Below the pieces are notes generated by a model. It did no database searches, was not told where the DNA came from, and worked only from the letters and a program-made list of their open reading frames with translations. This document shows, piece by piece, positions 51,313 through 64,000 of a stretch of 64,000 bases of DNA. The DNA comes from Ramazzottius varieornatus (taxonomy: Eukaryota > Animalia > Tardigrada). The stretch covers positions 4,771,092 through 4,835,091 of the forward strand of contig BDGG01000003.1 in assembly GCA_001949185.1 (NCBI GenBank), read 5' to 3'. How positions within the stretch are numbered: the stretch's first letter is position 1; each line of letters begins with the position of its first letter. Made by a program: the position numbers and the translations under genes.

Positions 51313-54300
51313 AATGAAACTTAATTCAGCAATTTTCATGGGAAACACTTTTGGTGTTTGTGGTTTCCAGCATGATGGCTTGCTTAATGAAGAGCCAACT
51401 GGTGAGCATTACAGGTCAAGCGAGAGAGGCTGAAATGTTGAGGACATCCTGTCATGTGTGTTCGTTATGCAAATTGATAGATTTATGATATTATTGATCG
51501 CTTGGCAGATACATCTCGACGGGTCGGTCATTAGAAGAGAGGCAAACGAGTTCGTCGGCAAGAGGGAAGAGCAGGTTACCGGTAATCCGAACTTTGAAGC
51601 TGGGACAAAGTTACGGTGAAACTGTCGTACGTGCTTGGCTAAATAGTCGCTCATTCACGTAAGAGACTTGATTAGCGTGCGCAGCACTTTTATTGACCGA
51701 TTGATACTTGGTTCCTCAGGTGGAAGCTTCATCTAATGATGAGCGATAAACACTCGGCAAAGTGCCGTGTACCTTCTCACTTCTCGCTCGTACACCACAA
51801 TTCAAGCCAATGCCTGCCAATTGTCTTGTGCAAAAAGCACGGAGGACCTTCAAGTCAAAGCACTGAATTCAGCTGTAGTGGCGGGTTCTTTTCCCGACAT
51901 TTGAAAAACTCAACAGTTCGTCTTTGCAAAGAAGAGGACCTCGAAGGCAAAGCGGTGAATTCAGCTGTAGTCCACAGCGCCAAGTACGGTGAAATGCCCT
52001 TCGACGGACCAGCAAGGAAGGAAAAGGCTTCCTCGGGTGCTTCTCCGCTAACACCCAAGTTAATGGCGACAATTAAAGCGCATGGAGCTTGGCTTAATGG
52101 AAACGAGGTGGAAGAATGAGGTACTTTAAGTGGGGAAATGGTCAGGATGGCTTAATCAGGAACCTTGCAGTGCTGTACGCCCAAATGAGACAAGGACCAA
52201 ACTGAAATTAGGCACAAATATCCACAGCAGCTGGTTATGTCTAATGTCGCTGTTTTACGTGCTTCATTGTGGCAATTTCCGAGACCACAAATACTTGCCG
52301 GCATTCGTCCAGGCCTTCACGACCAAACATCGCTCATCCCCAGGCAATTTTAGAAAAATTAATTGCAGATGCACCCCGCGCACTCGTGCAAGGAGGATAT
52401 AATTAAGGCAAGGCTTAATTATGGCTATATGGCTAGTAGTGCGCAGCAAAATAATGGGAAGCTCTGTTGGAGCTTGACGACTTTCCCCTTCCCTTCACGC
52501 ACATTTCCGTAATTACAATTTTATACTGGTAGTTTACAGCTAAAAGAAAGACGGCATTTCTTGCTGTTTTATGCATTTGTGGCCAGTTCAGAAATTAATA
52601 ACTGCGTCTGGCTTTGGCCAACTCGAGAGCAAACCATCAACTCGTTTGAGCACGGAATATTGCTGCACCACCCTTCTGAACTCGCGCAGCCCTTCGACCG
52701 TTTCCAACTGCTCTTCACCTGGAATCTTTCTCCACTTTACCCCGAAACTCTGCCATTCCAGAAAAGGTGTGTTAGAGTTTCCCAGTGGGCGCCACGGTAG
52801 GAAGATCCAAGTAGGCCATAACGATACTTTTCCGCTTGTGATAAAAATCGTAGGTGTGATTTGAGATCATTCTGCCATATTTCACTGTATGGTAGATCAT
52901 GTTGCGATATTGAATATTCGATTTACTGGCGGAGTTGTCTTTTGTGAAGTGGCCTGCAGCCTCGTTACATTACTTGCAATAATTTATGGATACGCAACGC
53001 ATTAATTTTAGCAGGCCTCGGTTCATTATGGTCCATGCGGTATACACGGCCATGGTTATGGTACTTGACCGGAAACGTTTTGCCCATTAAAGTCGATGGC
53101 AAAATTAGTGACAAGATAAGTCGCTTGTTTTGTTACGCGGAGAGTAATTGATGGAGAGGCTGAACGAGCGCCATGGCCGTCCATCACACCCCGGGTACCT
53201 CAAGATGAGTAGTGGCACCACGTACATGGCGACAGCTAGAAGAGGGCTCTCGGGCCACCAGCAAGCTCGAGTAATGACATGCGCCAACGTCGAAACAATA
53301 GCATTTAGCCTCTATTATGAAAAATTGATACCTGGACAAATCTAGCAGCTTATGATTTTCTTCGTCTATTCTTCCCTTCAGAATTCGGCCCGAGCTATCG
53401 GTTCGCCGCAAGCAGTTGGGCCGGTTTTGTGACAGCGTCGCTAGGCCCTTCAGTACTTTGCACTCTGGCCAATGTAATGATCATAATCATAAGAAATGGT
53501 GGCCCAAATTGCCTTGCCGGCGTTAATTACCCAATCGGCCAATGCCGGCTCGGGCTGTAGCCAGCCAGGACGACATGTCACACGGAAACTCGTACACGCA
53601 CTTCGCTTCATTGCCGATCTTAACCTTCAGCGACCTCTCTCACCAGCTGCAGGTGTGGGCGGAAAATTAACAAAAATATTAATGCCAGGCATATCCGACA
53701 ACGCTACGCAAGCAGAAAGAAAGAAAGCTTTTGTCATTAGACTAATGACAGGCAACTACTTTTTTTCCGGTCGCATATAACACTGCGCAGACCTTGAAGT
53801 TCGCCAGGCGGTGCACCACCTCTCCGGGGTAGCTGACTTCCCGCTCCCTTTACTCGGATACTTACTGACCGGTGTCACCAAACCCAGTGCGTGAGCTGAA
53901 CTGGGTGAACTTCAGACAAGTCCTTCAAAAAGGCACCGGTGCGCCACTTTTCCGGAGTATATTCTCGCTCATTGCTGCATGTTTCCGTTTTGGTCAGACC
54001 CTAGTGCGCTAGTTGAACTGGGTGGATGATGGACGAGACCGGCAGAGATTGTGAATGATTTCGGGACTTTGAATGGGTCGCTGAGCATTACGTGGGTCCT
54101 CGCAGCTCTTCATAGTGTACACTACAAGTGGTTTGAAACACAGGAAGCTGATCGTGCCAGCGTGAGCGAGAAGAGAGAGTGGACGTGTCCGTATGGCGTT
54201 CAGCCATTAATTCACAGCAGTGGAAAGTGTATTGAATTTCACGGCTGATGTTTGAGGTATACATACATGGTGAGTTTGATATGGCCGTAGTTATTAGTAG

Positions 54301-56751
54301 GCAGTGCATAATCGTCGCTCGGGCGATAATGACCGAAAGATTTTAGAGCAGGAGTGGCAAGAGTATGCCAAAAGCTCAGAGAGAGACAGAGAGAGACAGT
54401 TGCACTTATTATACGCAGAGATGCAACCACCAATCATCGACGCACACAATTGCAAAATTTGCAACGTACTCTTCAATAGGCATTAATAATTATGTTCGAC
54501 TGGCACTATACGCCGCGCTAACGATCAACTTTGCGAAATGCAATAACGGCAGACAAAAGAAATTCCAGTTTTCACAGTTAAAATCCTCGCTCACTTCAGG
54601 CGCGCACTCACACTATCGGGCTGCAGTGTGTACTGCAAAATTTAATTGCTTTGGCCCTTCTCTCTGCCTCGAAACATTATTGACGGAAAACTTTCTCACT
54701 ATACTGCCTCACGGATGATGAATTACATGTCCGCTGAGTATCCATTCCCCCTACGTGTCTTGCTGAAATATTTCAAATAATCATTTCTGCGTCTGTTTGG
54801 TGGAATAACCGGGCTGAAATACTGACATTGTGGAATTCAGCGCTTTATGGATAAATGGCAGAATTCACGCGGTGAGCTTTTAATACAAGGTGTAAATGTA
54901 CCTGATGGAGTAATTCAAAAATTGAAAGCGGGATGAAATTGTCGGTGAGAGGCTTCTTTTGTACTCGCACCGTCTTCGCTTGACTTTGTGTTAGTGTTCG
55001 ACGCACCTTTTCGTCGTGTTGCGCCGCTTGTGCGCGCGAAACAGGGTAATCTATACAGCTTACACTTTCCTTTACAGTTCTCGTTAAGAACTCCACAAAT
55101 CCATATTTCTGGTATACAAAAGAGCTCCTAAAGTGCTTGATGGTTCGTTAAGATGGCCTGCATGGTGCAAATCTGTTGTGGGTTCTTTGTTCGAGATATT
55201 ACGCATGCAAGGTAGCCCTGCATCGATATCGGTGTACCCGCTTTGACTGGTCCATTACTTTTTTCTTCAGCTTCACTTCGACTTGGACAGGAAAGAAGAG
55301 AGTGCTAGCTCGCCACTAATAGCCAAAGACGCACAGATCCATAATAAGACTCTTATCAACTTGCCAATATATGCATTGACAATTGAGGCTGGTGAATTAA
55401 GCCAACGTTTACTTTCCATTTCCTCCCGCATTAACCTCTTCGATTTTTTCCACCTTGCAATCTTGCAAACTTTTTTCGAGAGCCTCATTGTGCTGCACAA
55501 GCTCTTAACTAGGCTCCACATAAGCTCCTGAACGCACTTCGTTAGCCCCCATTTGCCCCAAGTCAACGTGCGCGATTCTTTTTCTTCTCTCGCTCCATAT
55601 CAAGTTACGAAGTTTTCACTTTAACAATCCATCTGAATTTTTTCCGGCTATTTTCTCCGCGGGAAATGTTAGGGATGTTTTGTACGCCGACGAAACGCGC
55701 TTCGTGTCCGCATTGAATGCGTAAGTAGACTGTAGATGGCGTCGTGGACCCAACCCTCGGGTCGCCGCTCGTCTTTTTGTAGTACGAAGACTCCCGCTGT
55801 CGCTGTCTCCTGTAGCAAAAGCAAAGGTCGAAACCGCAGTTAAGGGTGAACGGTCTTGCGGCACACCCGCTTGAGCTTGGCTCTAGTCTGACACGGCCAG
55901 GAGACATGAGAGGTGTAGAATATGGGGGAGACTCGGCTAAAATGCTCCTGCGATGTGTTTCACGGGACTCATTTTGTGGCTCATCGTACCTGGGTATTTT
56001 TCCAGGCTATTGTGATGAGGATGGAGGTAGAAGGGGGAAGGCTTTATCGTGTCCTTAATGATGACTAACGCGATTGGCGAATTATGATCTAGTTATGAAT
56101 GTTAATGGTGCAAGCCTCGCATGCATACATTACAATGCTCACGTAGCTGGTTTGATGAGGGTGTTTGTGTGGTTTTGCATATGCGCAGTTGTGTGTATCT
56201 AGCTGAGCGTTTATACAGAGCGAGAGCGTCATATATCATATCGAGTACTGAGTGTTAATCGTGCAATATGAAGTTTTGAGAGAAAAGAGCTCCGTCGACG
56301 TAATGTTGTCTCAGCATTTGTACTGGTTGTAAAATCCAACTTTACGTCGTACGATGCCATCGAAGAGGCCAAGGGAAGGAAGAAGGACCGGAGATAAATT
56401 GAACGAGGCTATATAGCATATTAGCGGCGGCCAGAAATTTGCCGACATGGAAGTGCGCCTGCTATTAGTCGACTTGAGCAACTATAGCTGATGTTATTCA
56501 TGCCTTACTGAGTTCGTGCTAGCTTACGCTGCGTTGCATACAGTATACAGCGAGAGAAAGAGAAAAGTCGATTAAATTGTTACGCATCGTTATTAGCGGA
56601 TATATATGATCAGGCACAGCAGCGAGCCCCACACTCGCATGGAGAACATTATGGAACACTGCTCAAATCTCGCTCACTCGTCATGATTTTCTACTTGTGG
56701 ACTTTCTCCCTCCTTTGCTCTGTTTACATTCGCCGTTTTTTCCCCTTCCAG

Positions 56752-56820
56752 GAATACACCAGGAATTTCCGCATATCTCCCATGCTGAACTGGACTACGA
56801 CACCTGACCATAACCTTTAG
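56752..56820 (+). other. Candidate non-coding 5'UTR exon of zfh2, containing a 12-codon uORF
   Basis: Strong acceptor ttttttccccttccag and donor tag|gtaagt, 69 nt apart. Confidence 0.45.
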
Positions 56821-59800
56821 GTAAGTGGGCCACGCCCGTAATCTGAATTTCTGAATTTTGAGAAAAATTTCTTGACGAACCGTAGAAAAATGACAAAAGT
56901 GTTTGGGTCGCGGATTTTACGGGCGAAATGAAACGACGATCTTGAGGACTCAGACCCAGTTTCGCGCACCTCCGGGTTTTTCGCTTCGCGGTTTTTGCGG
57001 CCTGTATGTTAAAACGGCGGTTACGAGCAGACGTAAGCGGATAAGCCTGTGGTATTGGTCGGATGTTTGACCACTGGCTACGTGACAAGGGGTCCTTGAT
57101 TCTTCAGCGTGATGCGTGTTGATAGTGTACAGCGGTCAAGTTCAGGAAGCACAGTAAACTGTATATTTTTGTACGTAATTGTGTGGCGCATACGGCGCAT
57201 GTCCATCAACACGTGTTTTGGCCACGCTGTTTATCCCTTCTTGGACATGGTCCCAAGGGTATGTGACCGAGTGTTAAATCAGGCGATGAATGGGCGCTGA
57301 TGGACGAAGGAGAGGAGTGTGAAGGGGGAAGAGTGGCATGGATGGTCACTTGCACGTCCGCCGATCAGCTGTAACAGCTTCTCCTCCGAAAAGAGCCCCT
57401 TCATGACTTTGCAACCGCACGTAATCGCTCGTAATATGCCTGATGTTATGCGCGGTCCCAAGTCCGAACGTCCATGGAGCGAAAACGATATCCAGTACTA
57501 CGCGTTAACAGTCAAACATTAGCCTTAAACCTTCGAACATTCTGTGCGCCGGTGGAACGGGGAAGGCTGGTTAAGGGCTCGAACCAGGAAGCAAAGCCCA
57601 AACTGGGATGGATTATTTTCTGAAATATTATATTATTTTATTTCCCAGTGTTCTGATATCCTCGGACGGGTCTTTTGTTGTGCTGCAACTTGTGCGAGAA
57701 TTTTCGAGAGGGGAAGGTGGTGTGATGGAGGTGTCATTGGGTGGCAGTTTGGACTGGTTATGCATGATGCCCATGATATGGTGTGTGGTATGAGGGGCAT
57801 TCTTGGTTGGTATTTGTCTCCAGTTTAGAAACATGGCGGAGCACTTGAGAAGGCTGCCGATGAGCCAGCCAGTAATTGGTCTGTCTACATTTCAGCCTTT
57901 GTGCTTAATATTTTACTCCACCATCTTTTATGAAAGCATGCAGTGCACTGCACCATTGGACGCGGTCGATGGAATAGGCCATGGTTCAATATGCTGCTGC
58001 TGCAACGTAAACGGGGCGCTGGCTCATCACATCTAAACTCTCTAGTATGATATATTGTTGCAAGATGATCCAAGCTTTAAGGGTCGGACATTGCATTTTA
58101 GACAAGAGTCGGCTTGCTTGCATGAACGATCAGTGGCGATATTAGATGGCGTTATGAGGGGTTGCTGGGGTAGAGTGCAATAACAAAGGAAAACCTGATT
58201 AACGCCCTGCCGTCGCTGTTAATTTTTACCTCTCTCTCAAGTTTTCGCTGTCCTCAGCAGCCATTACTTTGCTTGTCATAATAATCATAATCGGCTACAA
58301 ACCACGGAGCTAGCTCGATGTGTGTACGCTGAAATTTCCGACCGCGCCGATGAGGTGAACTCTTTAAAGCCACTCGAAACCTTCTCTTGTCTAGCCTAAG
58401 CTAAGCCAGCAAACTTACACTACAGCTTAATGCTTTTGACGTGACATTGTACCAGGGTTGAAATTTTTAAATTTCCTCGTCCTTTCCATATTTGCCTGTC
58501 TGGCGATAACGGCGCACAAAGAAGGGACAGGCAAATTAGTCGGCAGGGCTACTTCCACTCCAGTTTCCGCTTGGCTAATCTGTGTAATAACAATAAATGA
58601 TATAGTGCAGTGTTAGCCAATCTCCGTCCAGTACGGCCTACATGAGGTCACATTCTAGACTTCTTCGATTTTTCCCAGCATTTAGGCCGTGCAGTAACGA
58701 ACTGGCTACGTGGCAGTGATTTGTATGTGTGATCGACTGCGGCGCTTCATGCTTTTCCCTCTGATTGCACGGAGAAAAGCCAATACTCTTTAGCGGCCTA
58801 ACGAAGGCAAAGTGTGCAGATGAGGAGGAGCGGCATTTAGCTTGCGTCATGCTGGAGAAGCCTGGGGGTCTTCGTCCATCATTCGTTGACACCGCACTGT
58901 GACAGTGGCGGGTTGTCTTGGGCTTTATCAGACACTGATAATCACGATCAAGTGGCGCACCGCCATCACTTCCTCATAGCCAGTGGGCACTATACTCCTC
59001 TTATGGCTTGTGTCGAACCATTCCATTCGTATTAACCCGGAGAAGAGTCTACGACATACCTACCGTCATACTAGTTGGTAGCGGTTACTGTCACGAGGTT
59101 CTTGTCGAACCATTCGGTTTACGGGATACCTACTGTTTGACTAGTCGGTGCCGGCTACTCGTACCTACTGACGCAATCGAGCAGTTGGACCGCAGATAAG
59201 TCGGTGGGGGCTGTGGCACAATTGAGAGGATGGGTTTGCGGAAGGGAGCGCGAACGACCGTGAGGGTTCTTCGATCGGCGTGTAATGCGTAACGCTTAAG
59301 ATGGGAACGCGCGTTGAACTTGCTTGTTTTGTTAAGTGTGGCTTGATGGCTTGCTGGCTGCATCAATGTATGTAAGTTGAGTGTAAGAAAGGGAAGGAAG
59401 GATATGAAATTAATGATGGGGTTTTCAAGTTTGGCCGTTGCGAAGAATGGTATGGCGGCTCAGGACCGGATGGAGATTATTCACTTGAGCGTCAATATAT
59501 TAATAGTGCTTACTTAACGACAAGTAACCTCTGCTCTCCTTTAAAGTTGGAAATATGCATTAGCCGATACTTTGAGCTCTCACTTTGGCCGGCTAAGGAG
59601 AAGGAAAGAAAGGAAGCCAGAAGGGGGTTTTGTGTGCTGCGTGATTTGCCGATTTGGCCGACCAGACATCGTCGATCCAACGTTAGCACAAGCAGTTTGA
59701 CGTATTTGCCAGATTGAAGATGTTTGCTTAAGAGATATTATTTAATTAGCCTGCCAATATTTTGCTGAGGAAAGAGTCCTCTTTCAGGCAGCACTAGTGA

Positions 59801-60619
59801 ACGATCGCGCGGTCTCATAGCAGCCGACAGTCCGATGGTATGCATGTCAAATTTTCCTCTTGATTAAAACCACGCCATACTCGCATCGAGGTCCCACGGC
59901 GTCTCAAGTCTCGCTAATTGATGGAAGATATGTGCGGTAGATATGAGCTTTCGTGTCTGTGACATTAAAGAAAACGAGGCGATATGACAGAGATATGGCC
60001 TTCACAGAACTTCTTGTTACAGCCATCAATTACAATCCATAAAAATTAACAGCATACCCATAAGCGAAGCTGGCTGAGCATGTTTTGGCAAGTTCAGCAC
60101 GTAGAGGCTTTTTTGTGTCGTGTAGTGCGCAACTAATCTTACGGTGTACCGGGTGCGGGCACATGGAAACAAGTCGCGACTTTCACGCATCAGCGCCATT
60201 GCACTCATCAGCGTCGTCGTCAATTTCAGTACCGACATCAGATCCGTCGCTGATTTCATATTCTCTAGTTCAAGCCATTATGTTTCTCGGACCGGCTTTT
60301 GTCACCGCGCTTAACGATGAAACGACACCCAATTGCTATGCCAGGCAGGCCTAGGTCTGGTATTTGTATTCAGATGACCGGTTGCAGTGGCACATAACCT
60401 CTTGCCAGAGTCCGCCATGCACGAAAATGTATCACACATCGATCGGCATGGAAAAAATGAGCGAAAGAAATGAAACTGATAATACAAACCATAAGCTGAT
60501 AATAAATTTGTTGACTCTGGTAGCGGTGATTGGCCTCTGTAATAATGCCATGCTCCAAATTATTGCCATCTCAATTTCTAGTCCAGTCATCTATGTCCAT
60601 CAACTAAATCACCCACGAC

Positions 60620-60842
60620 CCCGATTGAGTTGCGCACCAATCAGTTTTGGGACATCGGTAAATGAAGTTGATGAACTCCCCCAGGTGACGCACAGGTGAC
60701 GCACAGCCCCAACCAATAACATTGGCTATGTGCGCCACTTGGCATGGCAGCTTTGTCAAGTTTCGAAATCGTTTTCCCAAGTGGCGCAAGCTTTCGGCCA
60801 ACAACACTGAAAAAGTGCATCAAGTGGAATAGCTCGCCGACG
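60620..60842. mobile_element. Family A element, degenerate, multi-module
   Basis: gtgcgccacttgg; gttttcccaagtggcgca; local caggtgacgca duplication. Confidence 0.7.
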
Positions 60843-61612
60843 TCTCATACGCCATATTCTGAAAGATGAATTCTGAGAATACTTTTGGCGACGTTTGATG
60901 AATCGGGGAAAAGTAAGGGAAAGCAGAAACCGGCTGATAACCTTTAACGAGGAAGCTAATATTTGGAAGTCTCTTTGAGGTTCGCGCGTTATCTTATCTC
61001 ATTGGGTCCTCGACTGCCTACAGAATATGCATACAATGCAGGCCATCTCTGCGAAGCTCTCGGCAGTTCTTCGTTGTGTCACGTAGCTTAGGCCATAATT
61101 TGTAATCTGCTTGTCGCGTTATTGCGGTCGGTGCATCCTGTCGATGAGGAATTATATTCTAATGTGGGCGACGTCAAACGCTGAACAACGGGTGTGGTAC
61201 AGTGAGAGTGCAGTTAGCGCTCAAAGCTTTACGTGAACTTTCTGGTAATAATGCAGCCTGCAAACTGCCAACAATTTACAACCCGGCCTTTATTGCAAGC
61301 TTCAACAGACCGTAACTCATTATCGACATTTATCCAAGCCGCGCTTCAGCCTTTTCCCTTTTTACTGTAAATCGCTCTGCCAAATTGATTAAAACACCCC
61401 AACAGTCACAACACACGCGAAGAACCCAACTGTGACTCTCTGTTATTTCCTAACATTCGATAGTTTACAACCCGCAATGTTCCACGCCCAGACTTTTCAA
61501 GTCAAAAGCTTCCTGTCCGAAATCAAAGAAATTAGTTTGGAAATTGATAAAATATTTTTTGCAGGTGATGAAGTCATGATCGGTCTCTGAACAAGAACCA
61601 CGAAAGAGGAAA

Positions 61613-63951
61613 ATGGACATGCCGAACGGTAATGGTCCAGGAGCGATCTTGTCCCTGCCGCTTCCGCATTCGGACATGCCACTGTACAGTCCAAGCGACT
61701 ACAGTTCGCCGCGTCTGAACAGCGAAGTTCCCTGCAACGGTCTTCAGGGAAAGCTCCATGGCCAGCATCACCATGTCGAAGACCAGCACCTACGGGTCCA
61801 CTGCAACGGAACTGTGGCTGCCTCGCCTACAACAGGTTCGACCGGCGAGCAGGAAGAGAAGACCAGCGAGTCCGAGCCTGATCGCAGTCATTCCTCGCAC
61901 AGCGAAGCTGCGCCGGCCGACTTCGACATGGAGACCCTTCCCGAACCAGAAGACACTTCACCTCTCTTCGGCGAATCTTTACACGGAAGAATCGTGTGCA
62001 ACGTGGACGGGGTGGTTAGCTTCCTTTCCTGTGATGACAACGTGTTCAAGGTATGGCCTTGAAGAACTGGGAACTCAGCACCAGATTGTTCTCCGAGAGG
62101 CGCACGTTCTCAGTAAAGGTGACCGCGAGGGTGCGCCATTTGAGAAACTGGCGAATGTTCCCCCAGTGGCGCACACTTTCGGTGTTATTGAGTGGAAGTA
62201 TGCGCCAGCTGAGAAAGTGATCTGGCCGAGTTTCTTTGCCGTGATCTCAGCTGACCTTGTTTTTGAGATTTATGTCGAACTCATTGTGATTGTTCTGTAG
62301 GTTTGGCCGCGGTTTTCCAGCAGCGTCGTCATTGACCAAAGCTCTCCTGACACTACGGTTCCTTCAACGTTCTTTCCTTTCCACACTGTGGCCCACGTTC
62401 CTTCCTCGGGCAGCGGTGTCAGTTTCTACGAGTGCGAGCTGCCCAGCTCGGCCTCTCCACACCCTTCTCAAGCTCTTGATCTGTACCAGAATCTTCCATT
62501 ATCTTTCCCTGTCCAAGAATCTCATTCGCTAGTCCCGCTCTACGCCTGTTTGTTATGTCCACCCATACATTTCGATAGCGAAACCACCTTCCTCCATCAT
62601 ATCTCAACCAAGCACGACCTTCCTTTCGTCCGAAACTTCTCCGATAGTCTCGGCGCCATCGCCCAACGAGACGGGCCAAACGGCGAAGCGGTCTGTTCAT
62701 GGCTGAAACCCATATCAATTCACGCAGCCGATCCTACTCCACCATTCAAGAGTTCCACTCAAACAAGCCCATTAACGGACAAAGCACGGCTGACACCCCA
62801 ACGGGACACTTCCGGCCCGCCGACCGAACCAAAGGAACAAGAGGCTTTTGGCTCTGTGCCAGAAAATGATCTTCCAGAAAATCTATTTTCCCCTCGTCCT
62901 GACATGTTACCTTCGGATCTTCCTCCCAGCTTGTCTGTCCTTCAGTTGGAAGAACCAGAAAGCGTGGGTGTGATACGGAAGACGGAGGAAAGCCTTGTTC
63001 GGCCGACCGCACCACCATTCCAAGGTGTGGATCAGTCGGACGCCGATGATAACAGCCTCGATTCCAACTCTGTTCATTCCTATGATCCCGAAGATCTCTC
63101 CCTTCCTTATCGCTCCGAAGAGCACAACCATGGACACACTCACGAACACGGGAAGAGCAGCAGTGTGGAATGTCCCAAGTGTGATGTCGTATTGGGTAAG
63201 TAAAATTTATTCAATGATAACCTTTTCGAAATTTCTGGAATATTTTCTCCTGGATGAAAGTGCGGCTTTATGGTCTGATTTTGCAGAAGGGTGTCTGAAG
63301 TGGGTGAAAATGTTTTCTTTAAAATTTCTTGCAGGCTCGAGCAAGTCACTGGGCGGCCATATGACGATGGTCCATTCGCGCAACTCCTCCAAGACGCTGA
63401 AATGTCCGAAATGCAACTGGCACTACAAATACCAAGAAACGTTAGAAATACACATGAAAGAGAAGCATCCAGACTCGGAAGAGAGCTGTCCGTACTGTTT
63501 GACCGGGCAAAGTCATCCCCGGCTAGCCCGCGGAGAAGTCTACAGTTGTGGGTACAAGCCTTACCGCTGCGACATCTGCAACTACTCCACCACCTCCAAA
63601 GGCAACCTGACCATTCACATGCAGTCCGACAAGCATGTCAACAACGTCCAGGACCGTCAGAAGACTGGCGGGGAGGTGGCTGCTTCGAGTGCGGAAGGCT
63701 TGAGCCCTGTGGAAGAACTACCGCCGCAACCTATTGCTCGCTCGTCATCCAACAGCTCCAACCGCGGTCCCTTCCGCTGTGACATGTGCAACTACGAAAC
63801 AAACGTCTCGAGAAACCTTCGTATTCATATGACTAGTGACAAGCATCAACAGAATGCTGCCCTGTTGATGGGACACAGCAGAAGGCCGGAGGTCGGCATG
63901 ATGACAGCGCCCAATGGCATGGGAATGTTCGACGCCACCACCATGATGCAG
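61613..63951 (+). CDS. zfh2: Zinc finger homeobox protein zfh2/ZFHX3/4, 5' part; exons 61613-62050, 62301-63195, 63335-63951; continues beyond the window
   Basis: CPKCDVVLG|[79 protein letters not shown] are ZFHX3/4 signatures. Confidence 0.93.
62066..62252. mobile_element. Family A element, two modules, zfh2 intron
   Basis: Starts tgggaactcagc; two modules. Confidence 0.8.
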
Positions 63952-64000
63952 GTTCGTGTCGCCGAATGTCCTGCATTGCCTGGCGCGCGAGTTTGGATGA

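Noticed and set aside
56831-56926. cgcccgtaa / ttacgggcg inverted pair
   Set aside because: Only 9 bp and seen once

Overview
This is eukaryotic, animal DNA from a compact genome with many 50-90 nt introns. The style resembles tardigrade genomes, but that is an inference. Bases ~6.7-36.5 kb are gene-dense: a Thr-rich orphan, BOD1/Shg1-like, a bacterial/fungal-type DJ-1/PfpI, HPRT, hnRNP L, an orphan, ODF3-like, PSMG4, METTL6, COX17, RPL27A (with a TCT/5'TOP start and a candidate intronic C/D snoRNA), WDR59, a small secreted-peptide candidate and a THTPA-like CYTH gene. A ~25 kb gene-poor, TAAT-rich stretch then precedes the 5' part of zfh2/ZFHX3. About 25 copies of a modular palindromic element (AAGTGGCGCAC-~24 nt-GTGCGCCACTT units inside longer inverted termini) are scattered through the window. 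Fourteen lie in introns and account for most long introns. Strongest leads: this intronic fold-back family; same-strand genes with no promoter room (COX17-METTL6 and the ORFs around ODF3), suggesting polycistronic, fused or nested transcription; a candidate hnRNP L poison-exon loop; and a probable horizontally acquired DJ-1/PfpI. All gene models were built by eye, so exon and repeat boundaries are approximate.
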